NCBI RefSeq assembly: GCF_964194025.1 | Contig: NC_134469.1 | Location: forward strand, 76,756,001-76,820,000 | Source: Convolutriloba macropyga | Lineage: Eukaryota | Direction of reading: 5' to 3' | DNA length: 64,000 nucleotides | Shown: piece after piece, positions 36,891 to 50,646 of the stretch | Layout: the number at the start of each line of letters is the position of its first letter | How positions within the stretch are numbered: the stretch's first letter is position 1 | Notes under the pieces: generated by a model | Told to the model about the DNA's origin: nothing | The model's database searches: none | What the model saw: the letters and a program-made list of their open reading frames with translations, nothing else | Position numbers and translations under genes: made by a program

Positions 36891-38505
36891 AATAGCCGCA
36901 CAGCGATAGCTGGGGCTATTATTGGCCTTCTCTTGGTTTTTTACGACTCGAAGAGGAATATTGAGATTCTACAGGTTTTTTTTAGCAGAAAGCAAGTTTT
37001 TTCATGACTTGAATTTTGACTTCTTTCTGTTCGAGCATTTACCTCCATTTTTGATTGCTGACTTCTGTTTTCGAATATTGCACTTTAACAGTAGCTTCGT
37101 TTGTAATGTATAGTAATTAGGAACTGCTGGTAATGTTCAAGGTGAAGAGGTCAATTTGAGATTTTTTGTTCCTATATAAGTCACCCCTAATTATCTACAC
37201 CGCACAACCCCCCCCCCACCTATCTACCCCCTCAAACACCTACCTACCTACCCATGCCCCCAACACCTACCTACGTACCCCCCGCCCCCGCAACCCCCCT
37301 CCCCCCCAACTTACCCCCCACGTACTACCCCTACCCCCCGCAACTACCCCAGCCCTACCCACCTCCCCAACCTGTCTACCCACCTACCTACCCCCCCACG
37401 ACCTACCTCCCTCCCCCGCCCCAACTTACCCTCCACCTACCCGTACCCCCCCCCCCCAAACTACCCCCTCGCTTCACCTAACTACCCCAGCACTACCGAC
37501 CTCCCCAACCTATCTACCCACCCACCCCGCCTAGCTCCCCCCGCACCTAAAAAATTGTCGGCATTTTCAAAACACTTTAATGTGGTTTGTTGGGCTACTT
37601 TTGTTTTTTTCTCTTGTCTATTTTGATGTTCTGATTTGGGTACGGTTAGGTTGGAGATTATAATGCACGACGATTCGAGTCGTTTCCGGTATTCGACCGG
37701 CTATGTTTTTTTTATTGCGTCGTCACGATTTTTGTTACAACGATATGACGTCACAATCACTTCAAATCTGCTTTTTGTTCATTCGTTCATGCAATTCAAC
37801 TGAAATGCGTGTGTGACGTCATTTTTCACTCTTATTGGAACGAGTTTTTTGTTGATTCGCGTGATTAAATTTTTGGTCACACTTGACTTACCTCACTCTC
37901 AAAAATGACTTCTTCACTTTGAAATTGATTTTTATTTACTTTAATTCAAAGAGATAAGGTCAAATAAGTGTGTGTCACTCTAAATGAAGGTTGTTTGAGA
38001 GCAGCTAATAGAGGCAGCAAAATCTTATACAGATTTTTAATCAAAATATAACATATCAGCCTTGAATGAAAAGAAGATTTTTTTGCTCTGTCTTTTTTAC
38101 TGATTTTTTGAGACAGCAGATCTACGAAGCTTTTGCGGCTATTTTCTGGCAATCTTCCAGTTATGTTGTTAATTTTTTTCGTTTTCCCCACAGAAATTTA
38201 CGGTAATGAGATTTCAATCAAGATTTCGATTTTGTACTTAAGCCCATTGTTGAGGTTCTTTGCACTGTTGTGAAGTTGAAAAGTCAGTTTGTACAGTTAA
38301 GGGTATATTTGATGCTGTTTTGCCTTTGTTCTGAAGTGCTTGTTTTCTTGAAATTATTTTAAAGTTTTGGTCGTAATTCAGGCTGGTTGTATTAATTTGC
38401 TTTATTAATAGCCGCACAGCGGTAGCTGGGGCTATTATTGGCCTTCTCTTGGTTTTTTTACTACTCGAAGAGGAGTATTGGTTTTCTTAAGGTTTTTTTT
38501 ACCGG
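36891..38505 (+). repeat. ~100-bp direct repeats at 36891 and 38407
   Basis: AATAGCCGCACAGCG(A/G)TAGCTGGGGCTATTATTGGCCTTCTCTTGGTTTTTT..ACTCGAAGAGGA occurs at both positions. Confidence 0.9.
37195..37550. repeat. C-rich low-complexity tract (CCTACC/CCCCC runs)
   Basis: About 350 bp dominated by C runs interspersed with TA/A. Confidence 0.95.
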
Positions 38506-39230
38506 AAGTACTATTCATTCAGACGCTGTTTTGACATAAAAGCGAAAGTGTAAAATTGCCGTGTGAACCAATTTTTTTGATCGAAAGTTTTTTGATCATG
38601 CGCTGCGTTTCGTCTACGTGGCCCACTTCTTGCTTGTAATTTAGTGTATGTAGAAATAATTTTTATTCGATGCTATATTGAAATGTGAACATCGAAAATT
38701 TATACGACAGTGTGTTGAAAAGCCGGAAAATGCGTTTCAAGTTCAAATTTGGCACATATTTCGTGATTTTTTTTTATTTTTTGGCTTTTTTTACTTCATT
38801 TTTGGGATCTTTCAGCCGTCTCTTGTCAAAAATCAGTTACTATGGCAACTTCCCTTTGATAATTCATATACTCAACGCCTCTTTCTGCCTCGATGTAATT
38901 TTGTTTTATAAAATTGTACATATCCTAATCCGATTTTGTAATTTTCCAATTTTTGTCAGTTTTTTGTTTGTATTTTGGTTTTAATTACTAGAAAATCTTT
39001 TTGTGCAACATAAGAGACTTTTCGCTTCAATAAAAGTTCATTTTTTGGCGTTAAATTTTTGAAAAACAGTTAAATTTTTTTCTTTAATGCAATCTTAAAA
39101 ATTTTTTGGCCATTTTTTGCAAGATGTTTCGTTTGTTTGAATTCTGCTTTTTCGTTTTTTTCTGTTCGGAAGGATGAATCTTTGTCTCCAATGACTCGTT
39201 GTCTTTTCTATCTACCGAGAATTTTCTTAT

Positions 39231-39298
39231 TTTTTTAATTTGATTTTTGTTTGATTTTTTAATTTGATTTTTGTTTGATTTTTTAATTTGATTTTAAT
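39231..39298. repeat. Short minisatellite, 24-bp unit, ~3 copies
   Basis: TTTTTTAATTTGATTTTTGTTTGA repeated. Confidence 0.85.
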
Positions 39299-42200
39299 GT
39301 GGTGAAGTGATTCAGATTTGCAAATTGCTGTGTGGATATGTGAGCAATTCAATAATCTTCTGATTAAGACACTTAAAAAATTATCAAATTGAACCAATAT
39401 TATTTTTTAATGACGGGAAAACTCGATCTTTTATGTAAGAAAAGAGCCGAAAAGCTTCAAAAACGATTCTTTGAACGGGGACGGACTTTCACCGTTTTAC
39501 CTTAAGAGAAAAAGTTTCTTTCTAAGTGAAAAAATCTTTAACATGTGAACACTTCAAATCCATGTTTTCCAATTTTCATGCTCGGAAACATTCTTTTCTG
39601 TTTCTGCTTGAGTTTTTTCGTTTTTTAATCTTGTCAAACTTGTTAACAAAATTAAAATTTCGCAAAATACATTTTGCAATTATCTGATCGAGATCCTAGA
39701 TTTTCTGTATTAGACACTGAATCTGTTAATTGGTGACCCATAATGACTCGGAATAAGTTGATGAAATTGACTACCCTGTGGATAACTTCTGAAGTGTGAT
39801 TGTTTACAGAAGCTGTCAGGGTTCTGAAAGCTATCAGTTCTAAGGCTTAATTTGCTTAAGTATTAAGAAAAACAATTTTAATCCTGTGAAAGTCAATATC
39901 AAATTAAATCTTAAACCCGAAGAAATGTACTGGGAACAGAACGCCCATAGTATTTTGATTATGTAAGCTTCGATAAATAAGTGAAAATGACCCGAGGCCT
40001 CGTGACGTGAAAAGATTCATTGGTCTGTATCTATCAGAATGCTCACATTTACAAGTTCTTGCTGCTCTATCGGTTATATGTTCACACGCCAAAGTAACAA
40101 TCGCTAAGCAAACAACTAATGCAGCTTGAAGTACAAGTTTGAAGCTGACCAGTTTAAACTTTCAAAGTTTACAATTCGCCAGTTCTCCTTTCATTTTATC
40201 TCAATCTGGTAATGTATACCTCAGTAGCATTTGAAGACTCGGTGGCACCCAAGTGTGAAATTGTTTGACAGACACTAAAATAACTTCAATCACAGTTCTG
40301 CCGGCTCGAGACCAGATCATGTACTCTAATCTTTTACTTCCGGGGAGAATCCCATCAGCGCTGGAGCTTATTTTTGACCGCTGAGGATATTTTCTGTGTA
40401 AGTACCTAATCGCATGTCGATGTGGAAATTGGTTGCAGTTTTAGCAATAATTCTGTAAGTTATAATTTTAATTTTTAGATCATGTAAAGATGGCTTAATG
40501 TCCCAAGATATCAAAATTGGATTTTGCAGAATTGATGAAAAAAAAACAGAAAAGCTTAAAGTTAATTGCAACAAAAAGTTAATAAATCTTTAAAAACTTT
40601 TGTTACCCGCGTATGTCTCAACTTTTAGGTTTTACTTTTATTTTACTTGGTTCTAAATGCTTCAATATTATCCAATTATATTCAACATGTTTGGAAGTAG
40701 TGCCATATAAACTATAAAACTCATCTGAGTTAAAAAAATATCGAAAAATTTTTGAAAAATAACTCAGCAGCAAGTTCTTTCCAAAGAATTGCAAATTTAC
40801 ATTTGGTACTAAAGTTACGTTGCATAAATTTTTAAATTCAGAAGACTACTTGAAAAATAATAGCAAAAGAGGTGCTAAATGCTTCAGGAAACACTGTGTG
40901 GTTGAACAGTTTCAACATTTTGAAAAACAAAACTTCCTAAAAATCAAAAGTTAGATTATAAAGCTGCCGCTTTCTTAAAAAATGGTAACCGATTGCAAAA
41001 CAAAAAATGTCTGTTTTTGGGAAATAAGATATTCAAGTTGAAATGCTAAAGAGTTCAAAACTGGTCCACGTCATGAAAACATTCAAAAGCTTAAATTTTT
41101 TAAGCAGAATTTTTTGTTCCAATCCAATCCTTATATTCAAGACCGAAAAAATAAGGGTTTGAAAACTTCATAAATCAACAATTTGTGTCATTTTACTCTC
41201 AGATGTGACGCTACCACAAAAATTCAGTCGGCATAAACCAATCTTGCTAAGTTTACTTCAAACAGTTAACATTTTCCCTCCCTCGTTCTGTATACTCTGA
41301 CATAAAAATTTCTCGCATCGTTTGCGCAAACACGGTACAACTGTAAAAACGAGTCGGTAAGAATCAAAACTAGGAAGCTAGCAAATGAGAATTTAAGAAA
41401 CAGAACACTAGTGGTATCATCAATGAATATCAGAGGTGCGACAGCATAAGCCAACAGGCGTTCTTTCTAATTTCGTTCAGTCGGGTAATGTCAGGATGGA
41501 GTTTTATTTGAGCTAAACTGCAGTTTTCAATTGATTAAATAGTTAAAAATTGAGAATGGCTGGCCAATCGTATAAGGAAGGCTAAGTATGACAAGATTTT
41601 TGTCCAAATTTTTAATTGTTGGTGATAGCAACGTCTGTTATTGTTCAACATTCAATAATCCTCGGTGTTCGAAGAACTGTCATTTGATGGCGTTTTCAGT
41701 CTCAAGATTTAGGCGTTTTGCAGCTTCTGTTGAACAGTTTTCAATAGCAATAAGAATGTTTTTCAGGTGACTGACCGTAAAATTAGTTTTGCCAAACAAT
41801 CTTTTTTGCAGAAAGCAACAAATTACGTACCGGGAGGTTTATTTTTGAAGACAAGGTTGATTTTGAGACAAGATGAAAATCATTTTCGAGACAATTATTT
41901 TTTGAGACAAGTCTGAAAACTCAATTGATTTTGAGCGCCATCCTATGCAATTATCTGCTGTATCAGTTGGAACCCTTTGCGTAGCAATATTTATTTTGAA
42001 AAAGAAAAATTAAAATATTTCAATTCTTCAAAGAGTTTTGTAGCTCAACTTTTAACCAATTTAAGGCACGCAATTAAAATAATATTTTGCGGAGATAAAA
42101 TCTACAAGTTTGACAAGAAATTCAAAATGCTAGCAAAAAATTCTACAAACAAAATTACTTGGCGAAAGCAGCTTATATGGGATCAGTAGCTCAAATGTAT

Positions 42201-42459
42201 GATCTAATTTTCTGAACTGAAAGAGAGGGCATTTTAAGGTGGTAACTCCTTAAAAACTATTTAAGATATAGGATATGCCCCGGAACTCGATTACTTCAAT
42301 TTTGCTCTTGCTTAAAATTTATTAAATTCATTTTATTTGAATTTGTTTTAATGGCTTTGAAATAATGTGCAATTGAACATTTTAAATGCTCTTAGAATGC
42401 AAACTTTAATTCTACTTCTTAATTTTGCTGGTTTTTGTTTTTTTTGTTGCCGTTTGACG

Positions 42460-43250
42460 CACACTCGATAATTACAGGTCTCAATTGCTTCCTATGGAGA
42501 TATAAATGAACATTTTGGCAATTTCAGTTAATATCTAATGATGTTAATCACTTTGAAATTATTTGTTTTCACAAATGGAAAAACTTTTTTGAACTTCGCA
42601 ACTTTCTGCTTTTTTGTCGACCTGTCACCCAGTCGCATTGAGGACAGGTCAAATATCTTTTCTAATGAATTATAAGTTAATTTGTTTTGTTTGTTTTATC
42701 TGATGCAAGTTTGATTTTTTAATGATGTTTTTTAAATAGACATCGAGTTTTGGTCGTAATTAATGTTTGTTATTTGATTATATTATTATCTGTTCTAGTA
42801 GTCCTATTAACAGAAATTCCATCGGTCCTCTAGCATGGCATCATTGTATTCCATTTGTGGTTTATTGAACGATATGTATGTTTTTGAAAGTTTTCTATCT
42901 CTGTCATTTGGTAGCCGAATAAGTCAAGAATAAGGATGAAGCGGGGTCGGAACATTATGTGCGTACGCACATTACCGAGCATCCTTGTTGCTCTCAATTT
43001 TTATTTTAGATACTGTCGAACTACTGTTGAACCAGCTCCAAGTTATCGTCGACATGATCATAGCAAAAAATTTGATCAGGAATGCCGTTTGAATTAAGAA
43101 TGCCGTTCAACAAGTTGAATTATGAATGCCGTTTATTATTCAACTTTGCATCAAACACTGAAAAATGTTGTTTTGTTTCCTGAAAAACTGAAATTTTTGC
43201 CAAAACTGACTTGAAAAGTTTGGAAATTTTTTAATGACGTCTTTTCAACA
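42460..43250 (-). repeat. Inverted diverged copy of the 11270-11950 repeat
   Basis: GCGGGGTCGGAACATTATGTGCGTACGCACATTACCG, GAGTTTTGGTCGTAATT and AGGTCTCAATTGCTTCCTATGGAG match reverse complements near 11.4, 11.6 and 11.9 kb. Confidence 0.8.
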
Positions 43251-43732
43251 AAAGATAACAAACATTTAGGTCAGATATGATATTGTGTTTATTATTTTTG
43301 TCAGGACATGCATAAAAGAGTAAAAGCAATCCCAGATAAGTTCCCCTCTCATATGGAGTGGGCTATTAATGAAGCTGCGCATGGCTCCAGAAATGAACAA
43401 CGCGTCAAAAACAAAACATAGCATTGAAATGGCTTACGGAATGCGGCGCCCGCTGAAGAGGAAACTCAATGATTTATGTGTCATATCCCTCTCAGAACAG
43501 TAATGGTGGAAATTGAAAATAAATTCCTGATTGTCTTGATCAATTATAACTCTACTAACTCTATAAATTTTCTACTGTAAGGATAGTCGAGGTTGTTATT
43601 TCATAGAATTATTATTACTCAGAGTACATTTTAAAAATCACTTCAGAGTAAATCCAACCTTTAAAGAAACGAAGCAAAACATTTATTGATTTCATAACAT
43701 ACTGATTTCATTTCACTCATCTATTAGCTGTG

Positions 43733-44305
43733 AATGCGGTGAACTTTTGTGAATTTTGTGGCTTTAGTGGTGCGATTTTGTAATAATTGCAGCTTTAACC
43801 CGGGCCGAGAAAAAATCGGAAAAATATGTAAGATAAACGGTGAAAAGTTGGTTTTTTCACCGCAAACTTCTTACCTAATTTTGCGGTGATGCGGTGAAAT
43901 TATGTAAGTTCACCGCTAGAGTAAGCGGTGAACTTACAAAAATTCATAACATTTCACCACTTACTACAAGTTACCGTCCTTGAACGGATTCGAACCTCTC
44001 ACCACCTGCATGTCAGCCACTTCTTCCACTGCGCCACTTCTCACCACCGCTTATCTTACATATATTGGACACTTTTTTCAAAGCAGTGAATTTATGTAAT
44101 TTCAACGCTAAATTCAGCGGTGAAATTATGTAATTTCACCGCTACCAGGCTATAAAGGTTTTTTTTTCACCGCATTAAACCCCCATTTATGTAATTTTAC
44201 CGCTTATCTTACAAAATTTTCCGCATTCACCTCTAATCTTACATAATTTTACGTTGAATGGTGGTGACACAACGACCCGGGAAATGGCAAAATTTTTTCA
44301 CCGCA
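43733..44305. mobile_element. MITE-like element built from GCGGTGAA/TTCACCGC inverted motifs, with a tRNA-like core
   Basis: CCCGGGCCG (43799) / CGACCCGGG (44281) and CGGAAAAATATGTAAGATAAACGG / CCGCTTATCTTACAAAATTTTCCG are inverted pairs. Internal hairpins read GCGGTGAAATTATGTAA.TTCACCGC. Confidence 0.75.
43975..44045 (-). other. tRNA-derived sequence with Pol III A and B boxes (SINE head or tRNA pseudogene)
   Basis: Minus strand GTGGCGCAGTGG (A box) ... GGTTCGAATCC (B box); acceptor and anticodon stems are not convincing. Confidence 0.65.
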
Positions 44306-44309
44306 TTAC

Positions 44310-47300
44310 CTGTAACGAATGCTCTGCTACTTCTAACAAGCTTCACACCACCCAGTTTTTTGCAGCGGTTTCAAATCTGTCCGATTAAGAAATGTTTTTG
44401 AGATTGCCTTTTCTTAACTGTGTATCCGCTATGTAATAAATTGTCAATGCACTATTCCATGCTCGAATAGTCCCAATAACAAATTTTTCAGCTTTATGGA
44501 CAATTTTTGTTGCCTTTCAAATGTCACATAAACCTACGCTACGATAAGATCACAAATTGATTGAGTTTTTGTTATTAACTCATACTAAACTTCGAAAAAG
44601 GAAAATAATTTCACTTAGCACTGTTATTCAGCTACGCCCCGTTACATTTTCAGGCTGATTCAAGTTTTATGAAAATTCAGATTAAAGCAATCCACTTTAT
44701 TTAAAAAAATTAGTTTCTCTGGTGGTTTCGCATCAAAACCAGGTTAGGCTTCCTTAATGACTGACTGCAAGTAAACATGTTCTTGTACTTCCTGGAAAAA
44801 AATTTTACTGGGAACCTTGTTCCTCATTGGAAAGTTTGAGCAAAATAAAGCCAAATCAAAAAATTTGAAGACCGTAGCGCCTAACATGGACTAATTTCCA
44901 GTTAGTTATACATAGTTTTGAGGTACGTCGCTGAATTTGGTGCCTTCTTTTTGCTCTATTATTAGTTTAAATCACATGATTTTTTTGTCGATTTCTCATT
45001 GTAGATTAGATGCCGAAAACTTGTGAACACTTATCCATAAATGGAAATCTCACATAATAGTTGATGTTCGTGTATTTCATTCCTTCAGTATTCAAAAGCA
45101 ACAAATGATGGCATTTAAAGAAATTCAGTTTGTGTTTTTGCATTTTACAAATTCTATTTTTTCTTAATTTCACTTTGGGATAAGTTATCTCTGATCCTAA
45201 AATAATTAGTTTTCACGATATATATTATAAATATAGTTTAGTTCAATCTTTCATGAAATAGCATACAATTTTGAACTGAATGCAAACCAGTAAGAATATT
45301 TTCCGCCACCAATGCCGCAAAAACAATGGACTTTTGTATAAATTGAGTGTGATTTAGCCGGGCAGTTTTGAAAGGGCTGTGAGCTATGGTTGGAATCTTT
45401 TCCACAGCATCACTTGTAGCGACTGTTTTTCCCACTTATGACAAGGAAAAATTGACACCGATAAGTTTTTTTAAACGGTTTAAGATTTGTCCAGCTAAAA
45501 CGTTTTTTCGGGGTTAGTTCGTCTGAACTGTATATCCGCTATGTCTTCAAAAATTGTCATCAAATTATCCATCAAAAAACATTTGGTCTTGCTGATGAAC
45601 AAATCTTTCACTTAAAATGTCAAATGATTCCAAGTTAATTTACTTATATTGCCCTTGGTTTTTTGTTGATAACTCAATCTAAAATTTGACAAAACAAGTT
45701 GGACAAGTCGCACAAGTTGACAAATTTTGGTTTTATAGTGTTTTGGCAATATTATTTAGCTATGTTCTCTCAATTTGTTGTTTTGCTCGATTTCTCCGTT
45801 ATTTTTCCATGACAGAGGTCAGATTTGAATTCAACTAGAATTTGAAACACATAATTAATTAATAAGTACTTGATTTCGCATTGGTTTCAATAACGCCAAA
45901 AATGATTCTAGACTAAGATTTTTTGGAGACAGCAAAAAATTTTCTATTTAAAATTTAAGAACACTTAAGCATACTATACTCACTGATATATCGATTATTT
46001 TCATGCGTTATTGTTAATGCCAAATAATACCTTTCGAACAAGTTCCTTATTCAAATATTTTTGTTTTGTTTTCCTTAAAGAAACTCATCTTAAACATTCT
46101 ATGCGAATTGATGGAGAAAAATTAATTCATTTCCAGGGCTCGCACCTCTGCCATTTTGTCAGCAATTATACCGCACCTCAATTCAGTTACTAAAGTAAGA
46201 ATAATTTTTATTCTCTAATCAGAATGACTCCACTTTATTGTAAACAAAGTGAGATAAATTTTTGTAAAAAAAACAATTTTTAGCCGCGGATTTTTTAATA
46301 AACGGTTGAGCTAAATGTTCCTTCTGTAAAAGCCGCATGACATCACAAATCCACTTCCACAAGATTTGCTCTGTTATTTTAACAGTAAATTTTCACCATT
46401 TTGATTACACTCAGCGCTAAAGTTTGCAATGTTTGCAGTTTTCCTTTATTAACCTGAATCCTGGCTAAACTTTTTTACAATTTTCAAACTTGAATACTGG
46501 TCCCGGATTCTTTTAAATACTTTTGACAGCATTTGAGAATAATTATTAGGCCTACATAACTGCAAAATTTGGTCTGTCTGAGGAAGTTGAAGCAATCGAA
46601 AGTTTGAAAATCGAAATAGTCATTTCAATCCGAACAAATTTCTCTATTCAGCTCCATTTCATCACTTTGTCCACAATTTCTCCTAATTTGAAGTTTTGTC
46701 TGCTGGTTTAGGAAACTTGTCTGATTTTGAACTTGGTCTAATTGTTCAAAAAACGGTCGTTCATTTAAAATTTATGTGACATGTTTAACTTGTTGACGCA
46801 TTTATTTTGATATCATATTGTTGCGGTATAATTAGTGCTCCATATTTCTGTTCGAATTCATTCTTTATTCAATTAAATCCATTTTGGTTTACTTTACTAT
46901 TAAAAAAAATTACCAGGGCTAGAACCTCTGCCCTTATTTCAATAGTCAGAGTGCCGCAAATAATTACTAAAATCAAATTGAATCCACTTCAGTTTAATGT
47001 ATATATGTGCGTTGAAATTTTGTAAAATTATTTGAAATGGGGAACCTAATTTGTTCAGCGTTTAAAAGGCAAATTATCCCAGCTCAGACAAAAACGGCTA
47101 TGTTAAACTTTGCTTTTAAAAAACGAATGACTTCAAAAACTCATTTCCGAAGTAAGCGTGATGCTTTTAGCCATATAGTTTTCAGAATTTTTACAGCATT
47201 CAACGCTAAATTTTTAGAGTGTTAAATGTTTTTTATTAACCTTATTTTTGGCAAAATTTAAGGGTTTACATAGTTGTTAACCTCGAATGCTCGACCGGGA

Positions 47301-48230
47301 TTGTTGCATAATGTTTTCACAGCACTTGAAAACAAACATTAAAACCTTCAACAATGAAATCGTTAAAGTAACCGCAGATTTTTGTTCTGCCTAATGAAGT
47401 TAAATAACGGAAGTTTGAGAATTTTAGAATGATGTAGCTGAGCACCAATCTGACTGTTTGAATCTGAACAATTTTTCCACTAAGCTCCACTGTATCTTTT
47501 TTCTACTTTTTTTGAAGTTTGATTTTGAATCTTGTCTAATGGTTTTGGAAACGGTTGTTTATATCAACTTTTTTGAACGCATTAGAGTTGTTGGTGCTTT
47601 CCTATGAGAACTGTTTCTGATGTAAATTTTTCTTACCATTTAATAAAATGGTTAATAAAAATGCGAGGTATATCAAATCTGCTATTCATTTTTCCCTATC
47701 TTTTTGAGTTTACCGCACTTTTGTAGGAGCTGTCATGGCCTTACCTGCTCTCTCACTTATGACAAGTAGAAATTTACACCGGCACTTTCTTTTCAGCGGT
47801 TTTTGATGCTAGCGTTCGAAACTATGTATCTGCTATGGCTTAATTTACCGGGTCCTTTTGTGTAATAACTTAGTGCCAATAATAAATCATTCAGCTTTGC
47901 CGGTAAACAAATCTGTTTCGCTTTAAATGAGAAATGATTCTAAGTTACTCGACCTCAGTCTGCCTTAGTTTTTGTTGATAAATCAAATTTCATTTTGATT
48001 TCATGAAATGTGACTGATTAGAAATTTAGCCCTATGTTTTAGCTACGCTCGCTCCCGTTTTCTTGCTACTTTAATTTCTTTTGGACAAAAGGGAGATTAG
48101 AGTACAATTAAGATTCTAAACATCTAATTTCCCAATTTTGTTTGTTTTGAATTGAGTATTAGTTTTTGTATTGCTCCAATATTGAATCTAGACCAGATTT
48201 TTTTAAAGACATCAAAAATCAAGTCTAATT
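44310..48230 (+). repeat. Three diverged copies of an unclassified repeat (~44310, ~45415, ~47720)
   Basis: Shared blocks CACTTATGACAAG..ACACC..CGGTT..T(A/G)TATC(C/T)GCTATG..TTTTTGTT(G/A)(A/T)TAA in the same order. Confidence 0.6.
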
Positions 48231-50646
48231 GAATCTAATAAAGGTTCTCCTTGTGTATCTTGGAATTATTTACTTGAGAATCTGAAGATATCAATGACTT
48301 GCTAGTTTTATAGCTTATTATGATATTACCAAAAAATATTTCCCCTGAGGATACATTAAACATTAAAAAATGCTCAAACGGAGAATGCGTTCAGATAAAT
48401 CCAAATGTTATTTCCAGCTGATTTGAAGAGCTACTCTTTGAAGTAAGATGGAGTTTCGTTTTAATGCAGCATCTTACATTCCAGTGTATAAATTGCTGCT
48501 GATAAATTTTTTTAACATATACTTTTTTATTGCTTTACCGGCTGGGTTAGTTGCAGTGCGTTACAAAAGCAGCAATATATTGGAAAACAATCAATTCGAG
48601 CAGTTTATAAATAGTGTTCGCCTTCAAGTTATGCTTTTCTAAAAACTGTTAGCGATAAAGTTACTGCATGCTGAACCTTGAATTTATTTTTTTTTCAAAA
48701 AGATAGAATATGACTCAATTAACAATTTTCTTAACCCTTTTTATCACCATTTTCTTAGCAGTTATTTTTGCCGGTCATTAAAACGGTAATACAGGTATTT
48801 GAAGGTCCTTTAAAGGTACCAGACATTTCTGGTTGTTCATTTCCTGGATTAAATATTGTCAATTGTATGATGTTCTCTGATTTTCCATAAAACAAATATT
48901 TTCAGTCATTTATTCTTGTAACACCGCCACCAATATCCGATATGTGATCGGACGAAGGTGATTCGTAATTTGCGCTTTGTCAACATTTGATAGTTGTTAT
49001 TGTTTGTTTATTGGCTCCACAGGCACTCTCAAGCTTCAAAACTACAAAAAATAAACAAAATTATAAAATATAAATTCTTTTTGAATTCAGAAATTTTTAG
49101 TTTGTCCCAAATATTTATTGCTTTCGATTCAAATTTATTATTTTCTGCTCAAATAGTGTGCGTTACTTAGAGCAATGCTATGTACGTCTCTCCCCCCCCC
49201 CCCCCCCTCCGCTTTATTTATACCTCTTCAATTTGTATGTATTAGAATTACCATATCTATCTAGTTTAAGTGTCCGCAAATGGCTACTTATGGCGAATAA
49301 TTCTGGCGCTCCAAGTCTTTCCTCTTTTCCCTGTTAACCAAAAATCATATGGATTAAATTGTGAGTATAATAAAAAGTTCCCCAGGCGTTGAATACTACA
49401 AAGAAATAGGTTTTATTTATCAAACAGTGCCGTTGATGTAACATGTATCCTGCGGTCAGTAGGATAGAATACGAATATGCGCTTTTTATGTTACGATCAA
49501 AGCATCCGTTTTAACAGAGGACCGTCTTAGTCGAGTTATAGCCTCCCTGTTTATGACTGCCAACTAGGCGGATATAACTAGTCCAATTTATTCACATCCG
49601 TTTATGCTCTCCATTTTGTAAAGGGAAGTGCTCCCGTTTTGTTAAAAATCCTAACCCCCCCGCCCCCATATCCCCCTTTCTTGTTGCTTGTTATTCCGTG
49701 CTTGTTTCTACAGTTATACGGCAAATTCCCACTTTTGCACTTTTATCATACTTTATCGCGATGATTTCATGCAAACAATTGTAATGATCGAACTTAAAAA
49801 TTTTTATGTGTTATCACTAACCTTTATCTTGTTTAACATCTGTCAGTTTTCCGCATAACTTAAAAACAACGAGAAACGGCAAATGAATATTCCGATTATA
49901 ACAGCATATTTTACTCCACACAGCCGTGATTTGACTACAAAATAATCACACTCTTTTGTCGTCTCTGTTTTTATAGTAACACTGGTGATAAAAGAGTGTG
50001 ATAAAATCATAGTCTAATGACGAATTAGATTTCGTAGTGTTAACTTGTCGCTATAGAATTGCTTCACCGGTTAAAAATGCAACAGTTGTTATGCAACAGT
50101 TGTTATCGAGTTGATTAATTTGCCCATTTACATAATGTTCCATACCATCTTATCCCGAAAATTTCACCAAACCTTTAAGAAGATAAGATCTGTTTAACTT
50201 ATGCATATTTATTTGTAGACACAAAACGTCCTTTGCAAGAGCTATTTTATCAGTCCTTATATAACCATTTCATGCTTTTCTCGCGATCCTATTTATCTTT
50301 TTTAAGAAAACAGGTTATAACGGACAGACTATCAAGGAATGAGTTATCTCCCAGAAATTGAGACAGTTTCTTTTATCTTGATCATAAAGTAACTGGACAA
50401 GTAACAATTTGAAGTTACAATTGCTTCTTATAGAAATTACTCACTTTAAAACTAAATATCTAAGGGTTACGAACAACTAGTTGTAACTAAAAACGTAGTT
50501 TCCAATTAAATTAAGAAAAGCAACACAATAAAAACGACAATGCAGTACAAGTCTTGAATTGCAATCTGAAGAACTAAACGAACTAAGGACCCAGCAACTG
50601 GCACTCTTGCCACAACATCGCCTCGACCTTGACAACAGTCGCCCAG

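Noticed and set aside
37166-37534. Proline-rich/extensin-like ORFs
   Set aside because: A by-product of C-rich low complexity; open in several frames, with no splice context or codon-level periodicity.
43975-44045. Functional tRNA genes here and at 25392-25465
   Set aside because: Only the A/B boxes are recognisable; acceptor and anticodon stems could not be folded, and both lie within repeats.
44310-48230. Polinton packaging-ATPase origin for the three diverged repeats
   Set aside because: Only a few residues resembled a remembered motif, and not consistently across the copies.
49181-49711. Possible solo LTR (TGTACG...TCTACA)
   Set aside because: No matching TSD and no second copy in the window.
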